Below, in pieces: positions 1 to 9,590 of a stretch of DNA of 64,000 nucleotides. Position 1 is the first letter of the stretch. Each line of letters starts with the position of its first letter. A program made the translations under genes and the position numbers. Below the pieces are notes generated by a model. That model saw nothing but the letters and a program-made list of their open reading frames with translations, made no database searches and was not told the DNA's origin. The stretch is taken from NCBI GenBank assembly GCA_037190965.1, contig JBBCKI010000045.1:24960-88959 (forward strand), given 5' to 3'. The stretch comes from Chthoniobacteraceae bacterium. GTDB lineage: Bacteria; Verrucomicrobiota; Verrucomicrobiia; Chthoniobacterales; Chthoniobacteraceae.

Positions 1-80
1 GGCTTCCGGTTGCCGTGCCATCTTGGTTCCTTGGAATTCCAGCTCATGATGAAAACGCAGGCGAGCGTTAGGATAATACT

Positions 81-96
81 ATGCAATCGATTCCAT
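81..96. promoter_or_regulatory. Candidate LacI/CcpA-type operator (ATGCAATCGATTCCAT)
   Basis: Near-perfect 16-bp palindrome matching TGNAANCGNTTNCA in an intergenic AT-rich stretch; the target gene probably lies left of the window. Confidence 0.4.
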
Positions 97-190
97 GCAA
101 AAGCCGCAAAAATATTCCGCGTGAGAAAATGATGCGATAATAGGCATACTGACTCGACTCGAAACGTCGCCAAAAGGCTATGTTCATAGC

Positions 191-229
191 CAAAAACAAC
201 AGCCCGGGGAGGAATCCCTCCCCGGGCTG
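191..229 (-). terminator. Rho-independent terminator after the aminotransferase
   Basis: Stem CAGCCCGGGGAGG/CCTCCCCGGGCTG at 200-229, followed on the - strand by TTGTTTTTG. Confidence 0.8.
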
Positions 230-262
230 AATCAACATCAGACCATCAAGCTATCTAGCTGA

Positions 263-1603
263 CTAGGAAGCCTTCCACTCCTGCGCATGGCGGGCGAAGG
301 CCCGTTCGGCGCGGTTGAGCGCGTCGTCCACGTCGGCTTCGGTGTGGGCGAGGCTCAGGAACCAGAGGCCGCGTTCGATGGCGCGGACGCCTTCTTCCAA
401 CAGGCAGCGGCGCAGGTGGCCCCAGCGCGGGGCATCATTGCGGGCGACGTAATCGCGGTAATCGCGCACGGCTCCTTCCGCCGCTCCAGCCTTCAGCATC
501 ACGGTGTGAAACACGAGGCCGGGGCCCTGCGGGCGAAGCGGCACGTTGTGGCGGGCGGCCAGTGCGGTGAGCCCGTCCATCAAGCGGCGTCCCAGTGCCT
601 GGATCGTCGCAGGGTGCGAATCGCACTGCGCGGCGAGTTCGTCGAGGCACCACTTGCTGGCGGCCAGACAGAGCGGATTGGAGTTCAAAGTCCCGGCGTG
701 AATCGACTCGCCGCTCAGGATCTTCTCAAAGGCGAACTTCTTGCCCGCCAGCGCGGCGAAGGGAACGCCGCCACCAATGGCTTTGCCGAGGATGGTGAGG
801 TCGGGCGAATAACCGAGATATTTCTGCGCGCCACCGGGGCCGAAGCGGAAACCGGTGATCGTTTCGTCGGAAATCATCAGCATCCCGTCGCGGTCGCACA
901 GTTCGCGAATCGTCTCCATCAGCCCCGCCACCGGCTCGATGCAGCAGGTGTTGCAAAGGACCGGTTCGAAGATGATGGCGCCAATTTGGCCGCGGAACTC
1001 GTCCACACGGCGGCGGAGGTGCTCCGGGTCGTTCCAGCGGGCGACGACAAAATGATCGAGCACTTCCGGGATCACGCCCTTGCTCGGGTGGAGGTTCGCG
1101 GGATGCTCGTCATCCCCCCAGCGATCGGGAGGCGTGCCGAAGCCGACGAGCCCTTCATCGCCCCAGCCGTGGTAATGCCCCTCGAACTTGAGGATCAGCG
1201 GGCGGCCCGTGTGGGCGCGCACGAGCCGGAACGCGGCGTTGACCACCTCGGTGGCGGAGTTGTTGAAACGCACGTACTCCGCGCTCGGAATCATCGCGCA
1301 AAGACGCTCGGCGACGTCGATTTCCAGCGTGGACTGCGCGGCCCAGTGAGTCCCCTTGGCGGCCTGGTCTCCGATCGCCTTTGCCAACCCATCCGGAGCA
1401 TGACCATAGAGGAGCGCCCCCTGCCCGGTCTGGAAGTCGATGAACTCGTTCCCGTCTTCATCCCAAAGGCGGCATCCTTTGCCGTGGGTGAAGAACAGCG
1501 GAACCGGCTGTTCGAGTTTGCGGATGCTGCTGTTAACGCCACCGGCAATGACCTCCGAGGCGCGTTCGTAAAGCTCTTTGGAGCGATTGAATGTGTATGG
1601 CAT
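263..1603 (-). CDS. Class-III PLP aminotransferase, glutamate-1-semialdehyde 2,1-aminomutase-like
   Basis: GGVNS, KFEGHYHG, DETITGFR and DLTILGKAIGGG (PLP lysine) motifs; start placed at MPYTF (ATG 1603). True HemL orthology is uncertain. Confidence 0.8.
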   Translation of the reverse strand: MPYTFNRSKELYERASEVIAGGVNSSIRKLEQPVPLFFTHGKGCRLWDEDGNEFIDFQTGQGALLYGHAPDGLAKAIGDQAAKGTHWAAQSTLEIDVAERLCAMIPSAEYVRFNNSATEVVNAAFRLVRAHTGRPLILKFEGHYHGWGDEGLVGFGTPPDRWGDDEHPANLHPSKGVIPEVLDHFVVARWNDPEHLRRRVDEFRGQIGAIIFEPVLCNTCCIEPVAGLMETIRELCDRDGMLMISDETITGFRFGPGGAQKYLGYSPDLTILGKAIGGGVPFAALAGKKFAFEKILSGESIHAGTLNSNPLCLAASKWCLDELAAQCDSHPATIQALGRRLMDGLTALAARHNVPLRPQGPGLVFHTVMLKAGAAEGAVRDYRDYVARNDAPRWGHLRRCLLEEGVRAIERGLWFLSLAHTEADVDDALNRAERAFARHAQEWKAS

Positions 1604-1715
1604 TGGTACCTGAAATTTCTTATTTCGGAATTTCAATTTCATCAATAGAAATTTCCCGCACCGGCTCTCGGAGGGAGCAGGACGGAAAATTTACGAAAAG
1701 AAAAATGGTGCGAGT

Positions 1716-1849
1716 TCGGCTCCCGTGGCTTCATGAGGGCCGCATCCCGACAACCAACAGCCCGTCATGCGGGGATGAACGCCAAACGCGGCTCGTAAAC
1801 CGATCCCGCGCTCTCGGCGAGAGCGGTCTACCTAGCCGGTCCTCCAAAC
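1716..1849. repeat. ~134 bp dispersed repeat, copy 1 (GTAG-type REP core at 1805-1832)
   Basis: Aligns almost without gaps to 30142-30274; core CCCGCGCTCTCGGCGAGAGCGGTCTACC. Confidence 0.9.
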
Positions 1850-1861
1850 GTGCTGAATCCC

Positions 1862-2299
1862 TTAAGCCCTTTTTGTGCCGAACAATGCTCGGTCCAGCGA
1901 AAACCGCCCCGGCCCCACCGCGATCAGTAGCAGGGCGATGCAGAAATAGCCCGTCGCCAATTCGTAGGAAGGTCCTCCGCCCTTGGCGACAAAGGGATGC
2001 CCCCACATGATGGCATGGCTCACAAAAGCCACGATCATCGTCGCCGCAATGCCGAGCGAGGCCAGCGGGGTCAGGACACCCACAATCAGTACCAACCCGC
2101 CACCGAACTCCGCGAGAGCCGCAAGGGCTTGGAAAATTCCAGGAGCAAAGCCATCCTCCCCCATCCAACCAAACGGCTTCTGAATCTTTGGCCACCCGTG
2201 CAACATGAAGGCAACGCCCGTCACCACGCGGGTGAGAAGGACGGAGATGTCTGAAAAGGTCGATAGTTGCGGTACTGAAAAGATTCTTTTAAGTGTCAT
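1862..2299 (-). CDS. DoxX family membrane protein
   Basis: RVVTGVAFMLHGWPK, EFGGG and GPGRFSLD motifs; four hydrophobic segments. Confidence 0.9.
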   Translation of the reverse strand: MTLKRIFSVPQLSTFSDISVLLTRVVTGVAFMLHGWPKIQKPFGWMGEDGFAPGIFQALAALAEFGGGLVLIVGVLTPLASLGIAATMIVAFVSHAIMWGHPFVAKGGGPSYELATGYFCIALLLIAVGPGRFSLDRALFGTKRA

Positions 2300-2377
2300 C
2301 CTTGATCATATAGCACAACTCACCCTCTTCGCCAGTCGTGTGCCTTTTGCGAAAAGGTAGGCACTCCACCCGTCGCA

Positions 2378-2995
2378 TCACTCAAGCTCAATCGCTGCGA
2401 TGGCCGCCATGACACGGTCGCTCAAGCGCTGATAGAGTTCGGTACCGGTGGCTCCGGCGAGATCGGCTTCGGTGAAATGGATCGGCTCCCCGATGACGAT
2501 CGTGATCGGGCTGGCGTGAAACTCCTTGCCGCTCGGCGGAAGCGCTTCATACGCGCCAAAGATGCGCATCGGCACAACAGGAGCGAGGGTTTTCGCAATG
2601 ATCAGGCCCACTCCCGGCTGCCCGGGTTGAAGCTCGCCGTTGCGCGACCGCGTGCCCTCGGGAAAAAGAAGGGTGCCCCCACCCTGCCGGATCACGCGAA
2701 TCAATATTTTGAGCGCGCTCATGTCGGCACCGGAGCGATCCACCGGGATCACGTTCACCTTCGGCATGAGCTTCCCGACAACGGGCCATTTCAAAAGGCT
2801 GCGCCGCGCCAGAATGTGAAGCTCGCGCTTCGTGCTGATCCCCGCGAGGGGAGGATCCAGAAAACTCTGGTGGTTCATCGCCAGAATGGCGGGCCCTTTC
2901 TCGATCATCCGTTCCTGATGCACCACCCGGAACGAAAAGAAGAGACTTCCGAAGAATTTGAAGAGGTTATACCCCGTCTGGTAGTACGGATTCAT
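2378..2995 (-). CDS. plsC: 1-acyl-sn-glycerol-3-phosphate acyltransferase
   Basis: NHQSFLD and FPEGTRS motifs; follows cmk. Confidence 0.9.
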   Translation of the reverse strand: MNPYYQTGYNLFKFFGSLFFSFRVVHQERMIEKGPAILAMNHQSFLDPPLAGISTKRELHILARRSLLKWPVVGKLMPKVNVIPVDRSGADMSALKILIRVIRQGGGTLLFPEGTRSRNGELQPGQPGVGLIIAKTLAPVVPMRIFGAYEALPPSGKEFHASPITIVIGEPIHFTEADLAGATGTELYQRLSDRVMAAIAAIELE

Positions 2996-3669
2996 TGGCC
3001 TGAAGCAAATCCCTGCTGACTCAACAAACGAACAATTTCGTCCACCACTCCTTCAATGGTGAGGTGGGAACTATCGATAACCTGCGCGCCGGGCGCGATG
3101 AGGAGCGGCGATGCGGCTCGCGAGGAGTCGATCTTGTCCCGGGCGGCGAGATCGTCGCGGAATCCCTGGGCGGCCCGGCGGCTGGCGCGAACTTCCGGCG
3201 AAGCGTCGATATAAAATTTGTAAGGCGTCCCGGGAAAAACGACGGAGCCGATATCGCGCCCTTCCATCACCAGGTCGTTTTCCTGCACGTAATCGCGCTG
3301 GCGGGCCACCAGTTCTTCGCGGACGGCGGGCACAGCGGCCACCAGTGAGACGTTGGCGTTCACCTCGGGATCGCTAAGCCGGGGCGCGGGGTCCTCCCCG
3401 TCGATCCGGATCGTGCTTTCGTTGCCGCTCACCCCGAACTCCATCCTGGCGGTGCCGAGGATCGCGGCGACCGCCGCCGGGTTGCGAGTGTCCACCCCCC
3501 GATGCACGGCCAACCATGTCACCGCCCGGTACATCGCGCCGGTATTGACATAAACCAGCCCCAACCGCCGCGCGAGCGCGCGGGCCACGCTGCTCTTGCC
3601 GGAGGCGGCAGGACCATCGATGGCGACAACCCGATGAAGGCCGGGCGTGGGTGTGGATGAGGCAGTCAC
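2992..3669 (-). CDS. cmk: Cytidylate kinase
   Basis: AIDGPAASGKSS P-loop, TGAMYRA, MEGRDIG; start moved to GTG 3669 to avoid overlap with aroA. Confidence 0.93.
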   Translation of the reverse strand: MTASSTPTPGLHRVVAIDGPAASGKSSVARALARRLGLVYVNTGAMYRAVTWLAVHRGVDTRNPAAVAAILGTARMEFGVSGNESTIRIDGEDPAPRLSDPEVNANVSLVAAVPAVREELVARQRDYVQENDLVMEGRDIGSVVFPGTPYKFYIDASPEVRASRRAAQGFRDDLAARDKIDSSRAASPLLIAPGAQVIDSSHLTIEGVVDEIVRLLSQQGFASGQ

Positions 3670-3674
3670 GTTTG

Positions 3675-5000
3675 TCAGGGTTTCAGCGGTCCGGTCACGG
3701 GCGTCTGCGGTTGATGCTCCTTGGTAATCTGCTGGAAGGTTTCGTAAAAGCCCGGGTAAGAGGTGGCGACGCACTCGACGCCGTCGATCACCGTGGTTCC
3801 CTCTGCAAACATCCCGGCCACGGCAAAGGCCATCGCGATGCGGTGATCGCCGTAGCTGGCCAGCCTGGCTCCCTTGAGCGGCGTGCCCCCGTAAATTTCG
3901 AGGCCGTCGTCGGTCTCCGACACCTGGACTCCCATGGCGCGCAGATTCGTCGCCACGGCGGCGAGGCGATCGGTCTCCTTCACGCGAAGCTCGGCGGCAT
4001 CGGCGATCACGGTCACGCCCTGGGCCAATGCCCCGGCGACGGCAAGAATCGGAAGTTCGTCGATGACATTGGGGATCTCTTTCCCCCGGATCTCCGTGCC
4101 CTTCAGGCGAACGCCGTGGACTTCCACCGCGCCATACGGTTCCCCTTCCTCCACCTCGACGACCTCATGCACCTGCGCGCCCATGCGCACCAGAACATCG
4201 AGGATCCCGGTGCGGGTCGGGTTGAGGCCGACGTTTTTGACGAGCAAGCGGCTCTTGGGTTGCGCGGCGGCGGCAACCAGCCAGAACGCGGCGCTGGAAA
4301 TATCGCCCGGGACGCGGAAGTCGCGGGATTCCGGGATCATCGGGCCGTAGACGGAAACCGTAAGGTTTTCCTGCTTGGGGTGAATCCCAAACCAGCTCAA
4401 CATCCGCTCCGTATGATTGCGGCTCTGCTCGGGCTCGGTGACGCTGGTCTTGCCCTCGGTGAAGAGCCCCGCCAGCAAAATCGCGCTTTTGACCTGTGCG
4501 CTGGCGACTGGCGAAGTGTAGTGGATGGGCGTCAGTTTCGCTCCCTCGATGGCAAGCGGCGGCGCGCTCTTGGGCCCTTCGGCAGTCAGCTTCGCGCCCA
4601 TTTGCGTCAACGGCTCGATCACGCGCTTCATCGGGCGGCTGGAAAGCGAAGGGTCGCCAATCATCCGGGACGCAAAAGGTTGCGCCGAGAGCACCCCCGA
4701 GAGGAGCCGCATGGCGGTGCCGGAGTTGCCGCAATCAATATCGCCCTCCGGGGCCGTCAGCCGTCCGCCCCTGCCATGGACAATGAGCGTCGTCGGCTCC
4801 GGGTGGTCGATCTCGACCCCCATCGCCCGCATGGCGTTGACCGTGCAGACACAATCCTCACTCGGCAGGAAGCCGGTAATCACGCAGGTGCCATTGGAGA
4901 GCCCTCCGAGGATGGCGGCGCGATGCGAAATACTCTTGTCTCCCGGCACGGTGATTTCCGCCTTAATCAACGGCGCACGTTCAATTTTCCAGCTACCCAT
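3675..5000 (-). CDS. aroA: 3-phosphoshikimate 1-carboxyvinyltransferase (class II EPSPS)
   Basis: PGDKSISHR, GNSGT, SAQVKSA, RNHTE, RVKETDR and DHRIAM motifs. Confidence 0.97.
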   Translation of the reverse strand: MGSWKIERAPLIKAEITVPGDKSISHRAAILGGLSNGTCVITGFLPSEDCVCTVNAMRAMGVEIDHPEPTTLIVHGRGGRLTAPEGDIDCGNSGTAMRLLSGVLSAQPFASRMIGDPSLSSRPMKRVIEPLTQMGAKLTAEGPKSAPPLAIEGAKLTPIHYTSPVASAQVKSAILLAGLFTEGKTSVTEPEQSRNHTERMLSWFGIHPKQENLTVSVYGPMIPESRDFRVPGDISSAAFWLVAAAAQPKSRLLVKNVGLNPTRTGILDVLVRMGAQVHEVVEVEEGEPYGAVEVHGVRLKGTEIRGKEIPNVIDELPILAVAGALAQGVTVIADAAELRVKETDRLAAVATNLRAMGVQVSETDDGLEIYGGTPLKGARLASYGDHRIAMAFAVAGMFAEGTTVIDGVECVATSYPGFYETFQQITKEHQPQTPVTGPLKP

Positions 5001-5011
5001 GTCTTGTTCTC

Positions 5012-5869
5012 TTAATCTTTCCGGTTCAAACCGTCCCGCGCCGCCTTCGCGTTGGCGAGGAACTCGTCTATTTTCAAATCGTTGCCCGCCGCCAAATCTT
5101 TCGAAATCGCCTGCAACCGCTCAATCATCCCCTCAAGCGCTCCGCTGAGGGCCGGGCGGTTGGCGGCAAAAATTCCGGTCCACATCCCGGCGGGCCCTGC
5201 GGCGACCCGGGTCGTGTCTCTGAATCCGTTGCCGCAGAAGTTGAGCGAATCGCGGTCCTCCGCGCAAACGAAATCGACCAGCGCGGCGGCCAATAAATGC
5301 GGCAGATGACTCACCAGCCCAACCTTCCGGTCATGTTCCTGAGGGGAGAGCCTCTGGACCCGGCACCCGACCCCCTGCCAAAAGCGGGTGACCTCCTCCA
5401 CCGCTCCGGCATCGACGCCTTCGTGGGGAGTCACAATGCAGACGGAGCCATCATAAAGATTCTCGCGAGCGGCGGAGAGCCCGCTCTGTTCGGAACCGGC
5501 CATCGGGTGGCTTCCGACAAAACGGCCACGCCCCTGTTCCTTAAAAATCGGCACCAACGCTTCGACGACGCACCCTTTCACACTGCCGACGTCGGTGACG
5601 AGCGCGTGAGGGGGGATCAACGGCGCGATCTGCGCCGCCACTCCCGGCATTGCCTCAACCGGCATGCAAAGTACAATCACATCGGCCCCCTCCACCACGG
5701 AAGCAAGATCTGTGGAAACAAGATCCGCGATCCCCGCCGCCCGGGCTTCCTCCACCGCCTCGGCTCGCCGCGCCCAAAGCGTCACGCGGCAATGCGGGAC
5801 GCGGGCATGAATGGCCTTGGCGAGCGAGCCGCCCAAAAGACCGGGGCCGAGGATGGCGAGTTGGTTCAT
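5012..5869 (-). CDS. tyrA: Prephenate/arogenate dehydrogenase
   Basis: GPGLLGGS Rossmann fold, DVGSVK, HPMAGSE, SHLPH, FRDTTRVA. Confidence 0.93.
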   Translation of the reverse strand: MNQLAILGPGLLGGSLAKAIHARVPHCRVTLWARRAEAVEEARAAGIADLVSTDLASVVEGADVIVLCMPVEAMPGVAAQIAPLIPPHALVTDVGSVKGCVVEALVPIFKEQGRGRFVGSHPMAGSEQSGLSAARENLYDGSVCIVTPHEGVDAGAVEEVTRFWQGVGCRVQRLSPQEHDRKVGLVSHLPHLLAAALVDFVCAEDRDSLNFCGNGFRDTTRVAAGPAGMWTGIFAANRPALSGALEGMIERLQAISKDLAAGNDLKIDEFLANAKAARDGLNRKD

Positions 5870-5964
5870 TCCAAAAAACGGAGCGCCCGCTTCAGGATCT
5901 GATGCGGCAAAAAGTCACCCAATGACGCACGGCGCAGGCGGCCTGCACCGTCGGGTCTAGAGCT

Positions 5965-6363
5965 CTAGGGAACGAGGAAAGTTTTCTGGGTGTAAGGACA
6001 CCGCACTTCCATCCCGGGAGGATGCCCGGTCACGTCCACCCGTCCGGCGTTCGGCGCGTAGGGGCTGAACACCTCACCCTTCTTGCCGGGCACCGGGATT
6101 CCATAAGGCAGATCCCCCCGCTTGACCGTGGGCGGCGGAACGGGACGCTGCACGGGAGGAGGCGGCGGCTGCGGAGCGACGACTACCTCAGGCTCCGGCG
6201 CGGAGGGTGCGGTTTCGGAGAGCGCCTGCTCGTCTTCGCGATAAACGTCCCCTTGATGTCCGTAGCGTCCGTACTGCACGGACGAACGTTCACCTCCCCG
6301 TGGAGAGGTACAAGCGGGAATGAGGGCACAGGACAGCAGCGAGAGAACTAGAAATCGCTTCAT
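5965..6363 (-). CDS. Proline-rich lipoprotein of unknown function
   Basis: Signal peptide with lipobox-like LIPA-C, proline-rich linker, compact C-terminal domain ending [11 protein letters not shown]. Confidence 0.75.
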   Translation of the reverse strand: MKRFLVLSLLSCALIPACTSPRGGERSSVQYGRYGHQGDVYREDEQALSETAPSAPEPEVVVAPQPPPPPVQRPVPPPTVKRGDLPYGIPVPGKKGEVFSPYAPNAGRVDVTGHPPGMEVRCPYTQKTFLVP

Positions 6364-6428
6364 AAAGACGGTGGAGGATTAAAGGATTTTCCCTTCTGTG
6401 ACAACTAAAACTCTTTCTTTGGCAACCA

Positions 6429-7136
6429 CTATGGGATGAGTTCCGACAGGACAGCGGCGACATCCGAAAGATTTTCGTAGAGAAAATCGGGCTGATGGCG
6501 GGCCAACTCTTCGCAAGAAAAGGAGCCGGTGGCGATGGCGACAGTCTTGGCCCCGATGGCCCTTCCGCACGCGATGTCATGCTCCGTGTCGCCAAGGACG
6601 AAGATCCGTTCCGGCGGGAACTCGATGCCATGCCGCTCCAGGGCACGAGCCCGGGCCACGGGGCCGAGCTGATTGCGGTCGGAGTGATCGTCGGCGTACG
6701 CGCCGAACTCGAAGTAGTGCCAGACGCCGTAATGCAGAAGCTTCAGTTCCGCCCCGCGCGAAAGGTTCCCCGTCAGCAACGCCAGGGAAACCTCCGGGCG
6801 CGCCTTCAGCGCCTCGAGCAACTCGATGATGCCGGGCAGAAGCCGCCCCTCCTTGAGAGGAAGTTGCGCCGCGAGATGGCCAAGGTAGGTGTCGAGAAAC
6901 TGAGTCACCCTCGCCGGGTCCGGCTCAACTCCGAACTTCTTGAAGAGCGTCTGCGTGATGAGCTTGTCCGTCCGCCCGGCAATCTCGATCCCCGCCAGTC
7001 CCCGCTCGTAGTCTGTATCGCCAAAATAATCGCGCACAGCCAGCCTGAGGGCGTGCTCGCCAGCCCCGCCGGAAGTAATCAGCGTGCCGTCGATGTCGAA
7101 GAGGAAAAGATGCGTTTTTTCAGAAAGAAGAGCCAT
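6429..7136 (-). CDS. HAD-superfamily hydrolase
   Basis: LFDIDGTL motif I, LLTGN, GDTEHD motif IV. Confidence 0.9.
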   Translation of the reverse strand: MALLSEKTHLFLFDIDGTLITSGGAGEHALRLAVRDYFGDTDYERGLAGIEIAGRTDKLITQTLFKKFGVEPDPARVTQFLDTYLGHLAAQLPLKEGRLLPGIIELLEALKARPEVSLALLTGNLSRGAELKLLHYGVWHYFEFGAYADDHSDRNQLGPVARARALERHGIEFPPERIFVLGDTEHDIACGRAIGAKTVAIATGSFSCEELARHQPDFLYENLSDVAAVLSELIP

Positions 7137-7229
7137 GAAGTCGGGTATCTTGCCAGCGAAAGCGAAGGGAGGCAAAAAAGTTTCTTCGCTCGATGCCCGG
7201 GCTCGACAACACGAACAGCTACCGGCGCC

Positions 7230-9320
7230 CTAAAAGAAAATCGGAATAATGAGGATCGCCACGATATTGACGACCTTGATCATCGGGTTGATCGCGGGGC
7301 CAGAGGTATCCTTGAAAGGATCGCCCACGGTGTCGCCGGTGACGGCGGCGTTGTGCGCGGGCGAATGCTTGCCGCCGAAATTCCCTTCTTCGATGAACTT
7401 CTTGGCGTTATCCCAGGCACCGCCGCTGGAGGTCATTGAAATGGCCAGGAAGAGCCCGGTCACGATGGTGCCGACGAGCACGCCACCCAATACGATGGGG
7501 CCGAGCCACGTGACGGAGGCGACGATGACAACCACCACCACGGGGAGCAGTGCCGGGATGATCATCTCCCGCAGGGCGGCCTTGGTCACGATATCGACGC
7601 AAGTGCCGTAATCCGGCGTTTCGGTGCCTTTCAGGATGCCCGGCTTTGCGGCAAGCTGGCGGCGAACTTCCATCACGACGGCTCCGGCGGCTTTCCCGAC
7701 GGCGTCCATACTGAAAGCGGAGAAAAGGTAAGGCAAACATCCGCCAATAAAGAGGCCAATGATGACCTTCGGGTCCTGAAGGGAGAACTCGAAATCGAAG
7801 ACTTTGCCCGCCCCGATGAAGTGAGCGCGCAACTCCTCCACATAGGAGCCGAAGAGCACCAGCGCGGCCAGACCGGCGGAGGCAATGGCGTACCCCTTGG
7901 TGACGGCCTTCATGGTATTGCCGACAGCGTCAAGTTCGTCAGTGACCTGCCGGACTTCCTTGGGGAGATCGCTCATCACGGCGATGCCACCCGCGTTGTC
8001 GGTAATCGGGCCGAACGCGTCGAGCGAGATAATGATCCCCGCCATGGAGAGCATGCTCATGACCGCAATGGCGATGCCGTAAAGTCCGCCGAAGTGATAG
8101 CTCAGGAGAATGGCAATGCCGATGAAGCCAACCGGCAACGCCGTGGCGTGCTGACCGATGGCGAGACCGGCGATGATGTTGGTGGCGTGCCCCGTTTCGG
8201 ATGCTTTGGCGATCTTGCGAACCGGCGCGTAGGCGGTGGAAGTGTAGTAATTGGTGATGACGACCACCACCCCCGTCATGACAAGGCCGATCAACGAGGC
8301 GAAGTAAAGGTCGGTCGCGCTATGCGACACACCGCCGATGTTGATGGGCGTGGGGAAGAGGAGATGAGTGGCAGGCCAGAAAAGGGCAGCAGAAACCACC
8401 CCGCTGCAAGCCACCGCGCCCATCAGGACGCTGCTGGGAGAAGCCTTGCTGACGCGGACAAAGAGGATGCCGAAGATGGCCGTCAGCACCGAAATGCCGC
8501 CGAGGACAAAGGGGTAGATGACCGCCGCCGGGATATCCTTGAGAGTCAGCGAGGCGACGAGAACCGCCCCGATCAGGCTGACCGCATAAGTCTCGAAAAC
8601 GTCCGCAGCCATGCCCGCGCAGTCACCCACGTTGTCACCGACGTTGTCGGCGATGGTGGCGGGGTTGCGGGGATCGTCTTCGTCGAGGTTGCTCTCGATT
8701 TTTCCGACGAGATCCGCGCCCACGTCGGCGGCCTTCGTGTAGATGCCGCCGCCGAGACGGGCAAACACGCTGATGAGGCTGGAGCCAAGAGCAAGCCCCA
8801 CAAGACTGGAGACGGCCTTAGCCGCTCCGATCATTTTGAGAGCAATCAGGTAATAGGCCCCCACGGAGAGAAGCGCGAGGACGACAACGAGCAACCCGGT
8901 GACCGCGCCGCCGTTGAAGGCGACCCGCAACGCACCGTGGCGGCTGTGCTGGGCGGCTTCAGCCGTCCGGGTATTGGCAAGCACCGCGATCCGCATGCCG
9001 ATATAACCGGCCACCAAAGAGCAAACCGCCCCGATGACGAAACCGTAGGCAGTCGGACGGTGCTCCTTGAAAGAAAAGAGGATGAAAAAGATAACGATCG
9101 CAATGGCGCTAATCGTCCAGATCTGTCGTCTGAGATAGGCTTTGGCTCCCTCTTGAACAGCCCCTGCGATCTCCCGCATTCGCTCGTTACCGGGAGACGA
9201 GCGGAGAATCGTACTGATGAGATAGAGGGCAAAAAGAAGACCCGCTACCGCGCACCCCATGGAGAGTTCAATCCCGGAATCGACAAGCGAAAAGGCAAGT
9301 AAGGCAATCGTCATGACCAA
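7230..9320 (-). CDS. hppA: Membrane-bound ion-translocating pyrophosphatase, K+-independent type
   Basis: [29 protein letters not shown] and [10 protein letters not shown] motifs; GNTMKA carries the Lys signature. Confidence 0.95.
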   Translation of the reverse strand: MVMTIALLAFSLVDSGIELSMGCAVAGLLFALYLISTILRSSPGNERMREIAGAVQEGAKAYLRRQIWTISAIAIVIFFILFSFKEHRPTAYGFVIGAVCSLVAGYIGMRIAVLANTRTAEAAQHSRHGALRVAFNGGAVTGLLVVVLALLSVGAYYLIALKMIGAAKAVSSLVGLALGSSLISVFARLGGGIYTKAADVGADLVGKIESNLDEDDPRNPATIADNVGDNVGDCAGMAADVFETYAVSLIGAVLVASLTLKDIPAAVIYPFVLGGISVLTAIFGILFVRVSKASPSSVLMGAVACSGVVSAALFWPATHLLFPTPINIGGVSHSATDLYFASLIGLVMTGVVVVITNYYTSTAYAPVRKIAKASETGHATNIIAGLAIGQHATALPVGFIGIAILLSYHFGGLYGIAIAVMSMLSMAGIIISLDAFGPITDNAGGIAVMSDLPKEVRQVTDELDAVGNTMKAVTKGYAIASAGLAALVLFGSYVEELRAHFIGAGKVFDFEFSLQDPKVIIGLFIGGCLPYLFSAFSMDAVGKAAGAVVMEVRRQLAAKPGILKGTETPDYGTCVDIVTKAALREMIIPALLPVVVVVIVASVTWLGPIVLGGVLVGTIVTGLFLAISMTSSGGAWDNAKKFIEEGNFGGKHSPAHNAAVTGDTVGDPFKDTSGPAINPMIKVVNIVAILIIPIFF

Positions 9321-9376
9321 TTTTGATTAAAAAACAAGCTTCTGAGAGGACTTGAAAACCAGCCGTAAACGCGCGC

Positions 9377-9404
9377 ATTCTAGAGGGTTCGCTCATACTG
9401 GCAA
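9377..9404 (-). promoter_or_regulatory. Candidate sigma70 promoter for hppA
   Basis: TTGCCA-16 nt-TAGAAT on the - strand, about 55 nt upstream of the ORF. Confidence 0.5.
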
Positions 9405-9529
9405 CACCTCGTTGTATTTATTTTTCCCGACCCCGCCAGACCCCACCCAAGGTGTTAAACACAATAGGAACATGACGGAAAAGTGAGCGATTTGGAGGGC
9501 CGGGCCGCGCCGATCTTTTCTTTTCATCC

Positions 9530-9570
9530 AAAAACAAAACCCGAAACCGATCGCAATCGGTTTCGGGTTT
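9530..9570 (-). terminator. Rho-independent terminator after ald
   Basis: 15-bp stem AAACCCGAAACCGAT/ATCGGTTTCGGGTTT with a T-rich tail on the - strand. Confidence 0.85.
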
Positions 9571-9590
9571 CGGAAATCTTAAACAAAGGC

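Noticed and set aside
1..47. Possible start of a - strand gene running off the window edge
   Set aside because: Too little sequence to choose a frame or product.
1731..1849. Shared peptide GRPLSPRAR..DGLLV in two ORF translations
   Set aside because: It is the translation of the dispersed DNA repeat; an indel shifts the frame between copies.
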